Shown: in pieces, positions 49,051 through 58,405 of the stretch
How the letters are laid out: every line of letters begins with the position of its first letter
How positions within the stretch are numbered: the first letter of the stretch is position 1
NCBI GenBank assembly: GCA_963663165.1
Contig: OY760175.1
Coordinates: forward strand, 6,016,001-6,080,000
Origin: an uncultured Desulfospira sp.
GTDB lineage: Bacteria; Desulfobacterota; Desulfobacteria; Desulfobacterales; Desulfobacteraceae
Direction of reading: 5' to 3'
Length of the DNA: 64,000 nt
Position numbers and translations under genes: made by a program
Notes under the pieces: model-generated
What the model saw: the letters and a program-made list of their open reading frames with translations, nothing else
Told to the model about the DNA's origin: nothing
Databases searched by the model: none

Positions 49051-52000
49051 CTAAAATCCATTCAGCAATGTCTCGATAAAACAGCCCCCGCCGCCCCCGC
49101 CGCCCCCGCCAGCATCGCTGACATCGGCATGCCAGCCGCTGGGAATTCCCAGGCCGGAAGGGTCCCGGACAACCCCTTCCTCATCATCGTCGTCCAGGGG
49201 GCCGTTGTCGGTGATCCTTAAAAGGACCCGCTTTCGACCGGTTTGAAAGACTGCGCCGTCATCCGGTTCTTCAGAATAGTTGCCCTTTGTGCAGGTCGCC
49301 CAGCCATCCGTTTCGGTGTACTTGAACCAGCGGGACTCATCCGGGGCCGCTTCATCCAGAAGAACCCGGAGGACCGCCTGTTCACCGGGGGTGACCACCA
49401 TAATGAAATCCAGCATTCCGTAAGTCAGATTTTTGGGACGATTATCCGTGTCTGCAATGTATCCTGCGGAATATTCATAATCCGGATCACTGGCCTTAAA
49501 GTAAATCAGACTGCCGTTAACGGCCTGGAGTGCCATGGCCGTTCCGGAAACTTCGTTGTAAAAGGTAATGGCATCGGAAGGGAAGCCGGTAATGCCGTTA
49601 TCCTCGACCGTAATGGTGACAAAGGATACGGATGTACCGAATTCGCTTTCATTGATCCGGGTCAGCTTAAAATAAAGATCCGTGTCCGAGTCCACCGCCG
49701 GTGTGACAAAGGTGGGATTTTTAATGGTGCTGCCGGACAGGGTAACGGTTGGGCTGCCGTTGTCCACCTGGGTCCAGGCATAGGTGGTATCATCATAGTC
49801 ATCACTGGCCGGGTTCTGCCGTCCCAGGGTGACGGCGGTGCCTTCCTCCACCACCATGTCAGCTCCGGCCGGGTTGCCAAGCCCGGGGCAGGCGTACCTG
49901 GCCTCAATGGCATCAATGAATTTGCCTGAGGTATATCCGGTGAAGTTTTTGTTGATGCGGACATACTGGATATCCACGTCCCGGTATCCGGTTTCAGCGT
50001 CTTTTTCCCCGAGATCCGGATAGTCGTTAAAATCAAAACTGTCGGAGTTAAGCGTACTGCCGCCGTTTTCACCCAAAGGCAGATCGGCGAGCATAATCCA
50101 GGTGCTGCCGTCGGCACTGACCTCCACCGTGGTGGCCCCGTCCGTATACCCCAGGGTGATGTCCGAATCCGTCACCCCCTGTCCGAAATGGTGGATGTAC
50201 AGGTCCGGCCCGTCCCGGTCCGCCAGGGGGTTGTCAAACCCCACCACGAATACGCCGGAATTGACCATCCATCCCGAGCAATTGCCCACCCCGGCAACCG
50301 ACGGGTCATAGTCCGGTTCTCCCAGGGCGTTTTCGCCGTTGTCCATTTCTTTATCCACCCAGTCCACCATGCCGTCCGCTTCCTGGGCAAAGGCCGCGTA
50401 AATGGTGGTCAACGCCGTGAAATGACTGATCAGACCGTCAATATAATGGGGGCCGTCCGTGTCCTCTTTGAGAAATTTCAGGTACTGGACCGATATCACC
50501 TTGGATTCACTCAGATCAGTATAATCGGCCAGATCAAAATTCTGGGTATGAACCGTGGGGGTCTGTGCTGAATTGATGGTCAGGCCGGCTGAATCCAGGG
50601 TCCCTAAGCTGACCCATGTGTCACCGTCAATACTGGCCTGAATCTCTATATTTCCGGTGCCGAAATGGTAAACGGTCAGGTCATCCCCATCTCCATCTGC
50701 CACGGGAATATTGAATTTCACCGTAATCTGCCCCACAGATCCGTCAGGAAACCCCGAGGCGTCCCCGTCCCCTGAAGATGTCATGTCCGGAAGGCCCAGG
50801 ATTCCTTTGGCCAGGTCCAGGGTCCCTGAACGATAAGAATAGCTGCCCACCTGCCAGGCAGACGTGGCCGGGTTGTCTGCGGCGATAATATAAAGTTCCC
50901 GGATGGTCACGGAAATGGTTCCCTGAACATAAAGTCCTTTGCCGTCGGACACGGTGGCCAAAAATTGCAATTCTTCACCGGGATATTCGGGCACAATAAA
51001 GGTGGCCTTGGCCGAATCGGCATTGGAAAGCGAAACAGCCGGCCCTGAAGTTTGTTCCCATTCATATGTCAGGTCATCCAGGTCCGGGTCCCAGCTTGAA
51101 GACGCATTCAGGGTAAACAGCAGATTTTCCGTGGCCGTGTCCTGGGTTCTGGAAAGGTCAATGAAGGGCGGGCGGTTAATGGTCACAACCACGGTATCCG
51201 TGCTGGTCAGGCCTGAAGGATCCGTAACCGTCAGCTCAAATTCCAGGGGCACCGGGACACTTTGGGCGGTAAAGGAGGGGGTTTTTGTATCGGCATGGGT
51301 TAATTCAACCCCGGTGCCTGACACCTGGGCCCAGGAAAAAGCCAGGGCGTCGCCGTCAGGATCATAGGACGTTGAGCCATCCAGGGTGACCAGTGCCCCG
51401 GCATTGCCCAGCATATCTTCTCCGGCATCGGCCACCGGGGTTTGATTTTCCCCGGAGGCCACCACCGTGATGGTGACTGAATCAACCGCGCTGAATACAC
51501 CGTCGGACACGGTTAACTCAAAAGAATATTCCCCGACCCGGTCAACGGCAAATGCGGGGGTGGCGCTGTCAGTGTCTGTCAGTGAAACGGCGGTGCCCGT
51601 GGACTGCTCCCAGGCAAAGGTCAGTGAATCCCCATCTATGTCAGACGAATCTGTGCCGTCAAGTACAATGGTCTGGCCGGATAACAGAACCCGGCGGTCG
51701 TTCCCGGCATGGGCCGTTGGCTCATGATACAGACTTTTCACCGAGTCGATAAACAGGGCCCGGCCTGTTGTGTTCCTGGTGGTCCCCACCGTATAATACC
51801 CGCCGTCGCCCAGCTCAATTTTGATATACCGTGCCCGTTCAAGGCCGCAGCCTTCCAGGTCCCCCCATAAAATCTGCCCGTAAACCCCCGGGTATGAGAA
51901 CTTAAAATCGGGGTTGGCGCCCCATTCCCCATCCTGCCAGCCCTCCCATCCGGAAATTTTGACCCATTGGGTTTCATCCCCGGTAACAGTGACCAGACCG

Positions 52001-52554
52001 GTGTCCGGATCAGCATCGCTGACCGTCGGATTATAGGCTTCAGATGCCACATAAACATTTACCGTGCCCATTTCTTTGGTAAACGGCTGGTTATAGGCAA
52101 ACCCGAAGCCCAATATCAAAAAATCAATGCCTTCGGGCAGGTCCACGTCCGTTGCGCCGGAATAATTTTCATAATCAAGAGCGCCCTGTCCGTTCATAAA
52201 ATCCTGGTCAAACCCGATAATCAGCGTGCCGCCGGCACCAGAACCGCCCCAGCCGGAGGTCAACTGATCCTTTTTCCCCAGAAACTTGCTATAGGTAACA
52301 ACCCCTGGATTAATCATCCCGGCACCGATCCAGTCCTGGTCCGGCCCCTGGATCACGTCTTGATCAACAATATTGTTCTGCTCCTGTACATGAAACCAGC
52401 CGGCGCCGGCCATGGTGGCATACGCTTTGGCATCAGATGCCTGCGCCGACACCATTGCCGGGCACAACAAAATCATTGCCAGGTAACATAAAACGGCCGG
52501 TCCGGTTAAGCCCTTTGCACGTCCTTGAATCCGCCTGTTTAAATTCATTTTCAT
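49051..52554 (-). CDS. large secreted surface protein: three related beta-sandwich domains, four PKD-like domains, choice-of-anchor-U-like domain, Gly-rich CFI tail
   Basis: Signal peptide; PKD motifs (PxAxAG..LDGxxSxDxDGDxLxFxWxQxxG); C-terminal ITDNG..D....G...DPSG and GGGGGGGGGCFIETLLNGF. Confidence 0.85.
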   Translation of the reverse strand: MKMNLNRRIQGRAKGLTGPAVLCYLAMILLCPAMVSAQASDAKAYATMAGAGWFHVQEQNNIVDQDVIQGPDQDWIGAGMINPGVVTYSKFLGKKDQLTSGWGGSGAGGTLIIGFDQDFMNGQGALDYENYSGATDVDLPEGIDFLILGFGFAYNQPFTKEMGTVNVYVASEAYNPTVSDADPDTGLVTVTGDETQWVKISGWEGWQDGEWGANPDFKFSYPGVYGQILWGDLEGCGLERARYIKIELGDGGYYTVGTTRNTTGRALFIDSVKSLYHEPTAHAGNDRRVLLSGQTIVLDGTDSSDIDGDSLTFAWEQSTGTAVSLTDTDSATPAFAVDRVGEYSFELTVSDGVFSAVDSVTITVVASGENQTPVADAGEDMLGNAGALVTLDGSTSYDPDGDALAFSWAQVSGTGVELTHADTKTPSFTAQSVPVPLEFELTVTDPSGLTSTDTVVVTINRPPFIDLSRTQDTATENLLFTLNASSSWDPDLDDLTYEWEQTSGPAVSLSNADSAKATFIVPEYPGEELQFLATVSDGKGLYVQGTISVTIRELYIIAADNPATSAWQVGSYSYRSGTLDLAKGILGLPDMTSSGDGDASGFPDGSVGQITVKFNIPVADGDGDDLTVYHFGTGNIEIQASIDGDTWVSLGTLDSAGLTINSAQTPTVHTQNFDLADYTDLSESKVISVQYLKFLKEDTDGPHYIDGLISHFTALTTIYAAFAQEADGMVDWVDKEMDNGENALGEPDYDPSVAGVGNCSGWMVNSGVFVVGFDNPLADRDGPDLYIHHFGQGVTDSDITLGYTDGATTVEVSADGSTWIMLADLPLGENGGSTLNSDSFDFNDYPDLGEKDAETGYRDVDIQYVRINKNFTGYTSGKFIDAIEARYACPGLGNPAGADMVVEEGTAVTLGRQNPASDDYDDTTYAWTQVDNGSPTVTLSGSTIKNPTFVTPAVDSDTDLYFKLTRINESEFGTSVSFVTITVEDNGITGFPSDAITFYNEVSGTAMALQAVNGSLIYFKASDPDYEYSAGYIADTDNRPKNLTYGMLDFIMVVTPGEQAVLRVLLDEAAPDESRWFKYTETDGWATCTKGNYSEEPDDGAVFQTGRKRVLLRITDNGPLDDDDEEGVVRDPSGLGIPSGWHADVSDAGGGGGGGGGCFIETLLNGF

Positions 52555-54713
52555 AACCTCACCGTAAGTTTAGCGAAAATCGTCCGGCCGGGGGTGTTGT
52601 GCATCACGGTTTCCTGCCAGGCTTCGTCAAAAATATCCTTTGCTTCCAGGGAGAAGCTCAAATGGCTGCCGAAATCCCGGACATATTTCAGATCACAGGT
52701 AATGTAGGAATCCAGCTCTATGCTGTTTTCAATGTCATAATACCGGGGGCCGGAATAACGGATGGTGGCATTGAACCGGCCAAGCTTATGGTGGGACCAT
52801 TCCAGCCCCAGGTTGGCCTTGTGCTTTGCCTGGTCCGGGAATTCGTTGCCCTCCAGCCGCTTGTTGTCGTAGTTGTTGAGTTTATCTTCAAACCGGACCA
52901 CCTCGGAGATATTGAGGGTATAATTGGCAAAAATGGTCACCGAATCCGTGGGGAAAAATTCAATGGCCGCTTCCAGACCCTTGGATACGGCCCGTTCAAT
53001 ATTTTCCCACCGCACGGAAATGGAAGAATAGGAAGGATCCGCCGCACTGACTTCCTGCATCCAGTCATGGATATCATTATAGTAGATGGTAAACTGGAAC
53101 AGGGCCATGGACCCGATTCGCTTCTCAAGCCCTGCCTCATAGTTGACGGCCCATTCCGTGGCCAGGTAAGGGTTGCCGATAATGGTCTTGCCCGGAGGCC
53201 GTTCATAATCGCCCAGAAGATAGGACAGGGGGGCAAAGGTGGAACTTTTGGAGATACTGGCCCGCAGCACCGTGGTCCGGTTCAGGTCCCAGTTGATGCC
53301 GATCCAGGGGTCAATCTGTTCATCGCTTAAGGAATCGACTTCATAGGGGGTGTACTCGTAAATGGTCTCATAAAAGAAATCATGGGTTTTAACCCCCCGG
53401 TACCGGACCCCGGCATCGGCTTTGAGGGGGCCTTTTTCAAAGCTGTCCTGGAGGGTGACACCCCAGCGGTACTGTTTGGCCAGCGTAATACTTTGGGTTT
53501 CATTGGTGAGCCCGTCATAGAGCCGGTTGCCCAGCTCCCCGTACCGGTGGTCCGTGGACACCTGGACCCGGTGATGGTCTCCCACATCTTTGGCCATGCT
53601 GAGCATGCCCCCGTAATCGGTTAAAGGGATATCGCTCTTGTTTCCCTGGACCTTCCAGGTGTTTTTTCCGGTTTCGGCATCCATGTCCGGGGAGGGCAGG
53701 ACGGGCTGTGAGAATTCCACATCCTGGTCCAGCCTGAAGAGGTTGCCGGAAACATCCAGATATCCTTTCCGGTTGAAATCAACACTAATCCGGTTGCGGG
53801 TCTGGTCAATATATCCGAAATCATACCCGATATCATTTTCATTGTTCCACCAGGTATAGGTGGTGTTGAACCGGAACCGCTCAAAGAGCAGGCCGTTCAA
53901 GGCGGCGTTAAAGGTATTCATTTCCCGGGTCTGGTTTTCAAGGGCCGCTAAATAGTTGTCTTTTACAGACCAGCCTTGGTCCGGGTTATTCCATGAAAGC
54001 AGGTTCTGGTCCATGGCCTCTGACCGATCGGCAATCCACTGGTCATTCCAGGCAAAATAGCCGTCACTTTCAAAATGGGTATACCCGGCCTGGAAATTGA
54101 ACCGCCGGGTTATGTTGCCCCCGGCGCCCGCATCAGCGGTTACGGAGTTATGGGTGCCGTAGGAGACCGAGGCATGGGCATTGGGTTTGGCAGCGGCTTT
54201 CCGGGTCACGATATTGATCACCCCGGCCATGCCGGCTTTGCCGGCCACGGCGCCGGCCGCCCCCCTTACCACCTCCACCCGCTCCACCGTGTCCAGGGGG
54301 ATTTCATTGTGCAGGGTCTCTCCGCAGGACAGATTGTCAATGGGCATGCCGTCCTTTAAGAATACCGTGGCCCGGGAGGCGGCAAATCCGCGCATCCTCA
54401 CCTTGCTGGCATTGCCGAAGATCCCCTGGGGCTTCCATACCTCCAACCCGGCAGCCGTGCGCAGCAGTTCGTCCACCGTGGTGGCGGCCGCCCCCTCAAT
54501 CTGGTCCCGGGTAATAATGGTGATGCTGTTGGGTTTATCTTTCAGGTCTGACGGCAGGACCGAATCCGTAACGATAATGGTATCCAGTTCCACCACATCG
54601 CTGGTGGGTTTTTCCTCTCCCCGTACTGCCCGGCAAACCCCAAACACCAGGATCAGGGCCAGGAGTACCGGGGAAATCCGGCAAAACTGTGAGAATCGAA
54701 TTTTTATTTTCAT
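52551..54713 (-). CDS. TonB-dependent outer-membrane receptor
   Basis: Signal peptide, TonB box ELDTIIVT, plug (RMRGF, ERVEVVRG, GVINIVTR), beta-barrel ending PGRTIFAKLTVRL; overlaps the downstream gene by 4 nt. Confidence 0.93.
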   Translation of the reverse strand: MKIKIRFSQFCRISPVLLALILVFGVCRAVRGEEKPTSDVVELDTIIVTDSVLPSDLKDKPNSITIITRDQIEGAAATTVDELLRTAAGLEVWKPQGIFGNASKVRMRGFAASRATVFLKDGMPIDNLSCGETLHNEIPLDTVERVEVVRGAAGAVAGKAGMAGVINIVTRKAAAKPNAHASVSYGTHNSVTADAGAGGNITRRFNFQAGYTHFESDGYFAWNDQWIADRSEAMDQNLLSWNNPDQGWSVKDNYLAALENQTREMNTFNAALNGLLFERFRFNTTYTWWNNENDIGYDFGYIDQTRNRISVDFNRKGYLDVSGNLFRLDQDVEFSQPVLPSPDMDAETGKNTWKVQGNKSDIPLTDYGGMLSMAKDVGDHHRVQVSTDHRYGELGNRLYDGLTNETQSITLAKQYRWGVTLQDSFEKGPLKADAGVRYRGVKTHDFFYETIYEYTPYEVDSLSDEQIDPWIGINWDLNRTTVLRASISKSSTFAPLSYLLGDYERPPGKTIIGNPYLATEWAVNYEAGLEKRIGSMALFQFTIYYNDIHDWMQEVSAADPSYSSISVRWENIERAVSKGLEAAIEFFPTDSVTIFANYTLNISEVVRFEDKLNNYDNKRLEGNEFPDQAKHKANLGLEWSHHKLGRFNATIRYSGPRYYDIENSIELDSYITCDLKYVRDFGSHLSFSLEAKDIFDEAWQETVMHNTPGRTIFAKLTVRL

Positions 54714-55091
54714 ACTATCCCGCCATATTAAAACCGGATGGGCAGACCGGCTGCCCAAATTTTGTTTATCCAAGATCTTCAGGCATTCCATAAATACAAC
54801 CCCATCCGGTTCTCACATCAAATCAGCAACAAAATTTTTTCAAATCATTAGATAAAAGTGAAAATGTTTGTTAAGACAAAAACGAATATGTGTCAACAAA
54901 AAAAGAAATATTTTATATAAAATTGCTATTTGTTATAAAATCTATTGACAAGAGATAAGTTTTCCAATACTAACAAAATGTCCCTTACAAAGAAGGGGCT
55001 TTCGTCCTCATAATTCCATATCGAATCTCAGGATGAACGGCAGTGCATGCGGTTTAATCAAATGAAGTTATTTTCAAAAGGAGATCAAATA

Positions 55092-55817
55092 ATGAAAAGA
55101 GTGATGAGTTTATGGGCAGTATTGTTTTTAATGATGGCCACGGCCGGAACAGTGTCGGCGGCCAGCACCTATGCTACCTCGGTGGTGGATTATAACGGTT
55201 ATTTCATGAACTGGGACACCACCAGTACATTTTATCACAATCCGGTGGATGAGTACCCCGATGCCGGTGCCAACCTGAGCTGGCTTCTGGGAGCAGAGGA
55301 CCAGACTGTGGCCGCAGGTTGGGGCGGGGACGCTAACGGCGGGACCCTGACCCTTTACTTTGAAACCGGCTTTGCTGCAGACGGAACCAGTGCTGCCGAC
55401 ATCATCGTTTACGGATTTGGGTTTGCCTATAACACGCCTTTTAGTTTGGAAAAAGGTGCCATAACGGTATACGCCTCGACTACGGGTGAAGAAGGCAGTT
55501 GGACCGTTATTTCTGATTACGCAGGCTATGACAACGGAACTACCTGGGAAGCCAATCCGGATTTCACCCAGTCGCCCCCAGGGGTTCCTTCTGTCATTAT
55601 GGGAATCGACCTGGACGACGACATCTCCAACACCTATGCCGGTGTGATCTACTACCTCAAGTTCGAGCTGGGCGACGGTGAAACCGGACATGGACGAGCC
55701 TTTTTTACCAGTTCTATCGAAGGAACAAATGCCGTTAGTGCAGTTCCGGTTCCCGGCGCATTCCTTCTCATGGCATCCGGCCTGCTGGGCCTTCTCGGCA
55801 TCAGGCGCAGAGGCTAA
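55092..55817 (+). CDS. PEP-CTERM-type (VPVPG) protein homologous to the N-terminal domain of the 49051-52554 protein
   Basis: Signal peptide; AVPVPGAFLLMASGLLGLLGIRRRG; shared GWGG..GGTL, GFGFAYNxPF, WxANPDF, ELGDG..GRAxF. Confidence 0.9.
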   Translation: MKRVMSLWAVLFLMMATAGTVSAASTYATSVVDYNGYFMNWDTTSTFYHNPVDEYPDAGANLSWLLGAEDQTVAAGWGGDANGGTLTLYFETGFAADGTSAADIIVYGFGFAYNTPFSLEKGAITVYASTTGEEGSWTVISDYAGYDNGTTWEANPDFTQSPPGVPSVIMGIDLDDDISNTYAGVIYYLKFELGDGETGHGRAFFTSSIEGTNAVSAVPVPGAFLLMASGLLGLLGIRRRG

Positions 55818-55867
55818 CCCTTTATCCACAACCCCTCCCGCAATCGAAAATGGGGTGTCCAGGTAAT

Positions 55868-55909
55868 GATTGCAGGCATCAGGCTTTAGACAGCCCGGTG
55901 CCTGCAATC
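55868..55909 (+). terminator. stem-loop after the PEP-CTERM gene
   Basis: GATTGCAGGCATCAGGCT / AGCCCGGTGCCTGCAATC. Confidence 0.55.
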
Positions 55910-56164
55910 TGGTTTAAGCCGGCCGGCCCCGCCAATGTCATGGCCCTGTCCAGATTGTCCTTCCCAAAATAAAGTTTATCTGTAACTTTTCAGCGGTATG
56001 GCAGCCTTCATACCTTTCATAATCCCCGATACCGATATATACTTGGAAAACAGGTTGTATTTTTTTCGTGTGTCATTATAATAACGGCCCTTCATTGGCA
56101 CGATATTGTTTTCGTGCTGCCTGACCCGGATATTTCGGGTTAATGATCAATTAAGGTAGACCAA

Positions 56165-57400
56165 ATGAAATTTGACACTTATGCCATCAGCAGTATCCTG
56201 AAAAAAAATTTAAACACCCAGGGGTTCATCAGGCCGACAGACATTCAGTACAAAGCAATCCCCTCCATATTAAACGGGGAAGACCTCCTGGCCATTGCCC
56301 AGACCGGAACCGGCAAAACCGTTGCATTTGCAGTCCCTGTCATAGACGCGGTCCTGAATCTGAAGAAGACAAAAAAAACTTCGGGCATCCATAGTATTGT
56401 CATGGTGCCCACCCGGGAGCTGGCGGTTCAGATCCATGAGGTCTTTATGGGGCTGTGCAGCAGGACAAAGGTTAAGCCGTTTGCTGTTTTTGGCGGGGTG
56501 GAACAGGATGAACAGATCCGGGCCCTTTTAAAAGGGGTTGATATTCTGATTGCCACGCCGGGTCGCATGTTTGATTTGATCAGCCAGAAAGCCATTGATA
56601 TCCGGCAGGTTAAAATTTTAATTCTCGATGAAGCCGATCAAATGCTGGCCAAAGGATTTCTGGAGGATATCCAGTGCATTAAGCGCCTTTTGAAACAGCG
56701 GCACCAGACCCTGTTTTTTTCGGCAACCATAAATAAGCATATTAAAAAGCTGGCCTATTCCCAGGTAAAGTCTTCGGCTGTACGCATCCAGATATCCCCT
56801 GATGATCCGGTATCAAAAAATGTATCCCATTATGTGCTTTTTGTGGAAATGGATGATAAACGGTTCTTTTTGCGCAAATTCATCCGGGAACACCCGAAGA
56901 GCAAAATTCTGGTGTTTGTCCGGACCACCGTACGGGCCGAACGGGTGGCCGCCGCCCTTCAAAGAGCAGATATCAGTGCGCTGACCATTTATGGCAAAAA
57001 AGACCAGGACCAGCGGCTATCGGTGCTGACCCGGTTCAAACAGGGGGAGGACAGGATCCTTATTGCTACCGATGTGTCTGCCCGGGGCATTGATATTCCC
57101 AATGTGGACTATGTGGTCAATTATGATCTGCCTGACAGAAAAGAGATGTATGTCCACCGGATCGGCAGGACCGGCCGGGGCCGCGCCAAGGGCAACGCCG
57201 TATCCTTTTGCAGCCAACCGGAAAAGACTCTGTTAAAGGAGATTGAAGCGTTTATAGGCAGCCCCATAGAAACCGTAAAAGTGTCCAGGGACGAATATGC
57301 CTTTACGGTTGAAGTCTCAGACACATCAACAGATATCCGGGACATGATCCTGGCCAGCGAAGCCCGGGAAAAGAAAAAAGGCCGCCGGAAAAAGAAATAA
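56165..57400 (+). CDS. DEAD-box RNA helicase (RhlE-like)
   Basis: AQTGTGKT, PTRELA, TPGR, DEAD, SAT, ARGID, HRIGRTGR. Confidence 0.96.
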   Translation: MKFDTYAISSILKKNLNTQGFIRPTDIQYKAIPSILNGEDLLAIAQTGTGKTVAFAVPVIDAVLNLKKTKKTSGIHSIVMVPTRELAVQIHEVFMGLCSRTKVKPFAVFGGVEQDEQIRALLKGVDILIATPGRMFDLISQKAIDIRQVKILILDEADQMLAKGFLEDIQCIKRLLKQRHQTLFFSATINKHIKKLAYSQVKSSAVRIQISPDDPVSKNVSHYVLFVEMDDKRFFLRKFIREHPKSKILVFVRTTVRAERVAAALQRADISALTIYGKKDQDQRLSVLTRFKQGEDRILIATDVSARGIDIPNVDYVVNYDLPDRKEMYVHRIGRTGRGRAKGNAVSFCSQPEKTLLKEIEAFIGSPIETVKVSRDEYAFTVEVSDTSTDIRDMILASEAREKKKGRRKKK

Positions 57401-57456
57401 CGGTCATCCCCTAAAGGGCAAAGCCGGACCTTCTGCCGCGCCTGTCCGGTGCAATA

Positions 57457-57882
57457 CTATGCGCCCAGAAAGGCCAGGGCATCCTCCATGGTAAATGAAA
57501 CCTTGAATTTGAACGGCAGCTTCAGGGCCATATCAATAAAGATGCCGGCAATGGCAAAGTTGGTCATGCCGGAAAGCAGAAAAGCGGATTTGTTGGGAAA
57601 AACAGGATGGCGGGGGGCAAAATACTCCAGAAGTTTTACTATTTCTTCCAGATCGGTGATGGAGATCTGGGTTTGGGTATTTAAAAAATTCCATAAGGAA
57701 TGTTTTTCATAATATTCCGGATGGCCGGCCAATGCGCTGAAGGCGGAAATGACCTTTGATTTTACCAGCGTGCCGTGAATGGTGATTTCAAGATAGGTGT
57801 CATGGGATTTAATGGTAAAGCCAAGATTCTCTTCTAAGATCGGTTTTCTGTCTAATTGATTCAGCAAGGTTATATTCTCCAT
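57457..57882 (-). CDS. hypothetical protein, SpoIIAA/STAS-like small alpha/beta fold, under riboswitch control
   Basis: 141-aa ORF; C-terminal KSAFLL...FTMEDALAFL pattern typical of SpoIIAA-like proteins. Confidence 0.7.
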   Translation of the reverse strand: MENITLLNQLDRKPILEENLGFTIKSHDTYLEITIHGTLVKSKVISAFSALAGHPEYYEKHSLWNFLNTQTQISITDLEEIVKLLEYFAPRHPVFPNKSAFLLSGMTNFAIAGIFIDMALKLPFKFKVSFTMEDALAFLGA

Positions 57883-57892
57883 TGGCAGGGAA

Positions 57893-57934
57893 CAAAAATA
57901 AAACCGCCGGCTGCTTTAAAAAAGGGCAGCCGGC
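57893..57934 (-). terminator. intrinsic terminator (riboswitch expression platform)
   Basis: Minus strand GCCGGCTGC-ccttttttaaa-GCAGCCGGC-GGTTTTATTTTT just before the start codon. Confidence 0.75.
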
Positions 57935-57954
57935 TGCATGGGGTCACCTTAATT

Positions 57955-58043
57955 TGTCCCGCAACCCGGCTGTTTCTTAAGAAGAAACCCGTGGCTTTCC
58001 GTCCCTGCCTTGCAACAGGTTTGGCCAAAATAAACGAAGGACA
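57955..58043 (-). ncRNA. c-di-GMP-I (GEMM-I) riboswitch
   Basis: Minus strand GG-CCAAACCTGTT-GCAA-GGCAGGGACGG-AAAGCCACGGG-TTTC..GAAA-CAGCCGGGTTGC matches the GEMM-I layout (GNRA-capped P2, AAAGC junction, GGGTTGC end). Confidence 0.88.
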
Positions 58044-58083
58044 TTGTATGTAATTTTAAATCGTTGTCAATGAAAATTTTGTG

Positions 58084-58236
58084 GTAACTGTTCAGCAGTG
58101 CCCCATCTTCGCTCACTCAGGCCTTCTCACATAGCAAAAGTATGCTACGAAGGCCTGATTAAACAAATATGAAGCACTGATGAACAGTTACAGACCCGGG
58201 TTTTTGCTCCTTTTTCAGCATCAGCTAAATAGTTAC
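58084..58236. mobile_element. 153-bp MITE with IS66-like GTAACT ends and 8-bp TSD
   Basis: GTAACTGTTCAGC ... GCTAAATAGTTAC; direct repeat ATTTTGTG at 58076-58083 and 58237-58244. Confidence 0.85.
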
Positions 58237-58405
58237 ATTTTGTGTTTTTGTGAACACAAATGACGGGAGACGGGAAGACGGGGCGAGCGGATGCCGGAGA
58301 CGGAAGACCGGCGGGTTGCCGGTTTGAGGGGGGTGCCTGAAGGCGGCTTTTTTCCCGGTCTTCCGTTTGAGATTTTAGGGGATTGCCCTGAGGCCTTGAT
58401 GGTGA

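Noticed and set aside
54714..55091. Cobalamin or Moco riboswitch upstream of the TonB receptor
   Set aside because: No B12-box or GGGAA/ACTG core, and no Moco consensus recognised on either strand.
56094..56112. TTGGCACG as a sigma54 promoter for the DEAD-box helicase
   Set aside because: No GC at the -12 position (reads GG-N10-TT).
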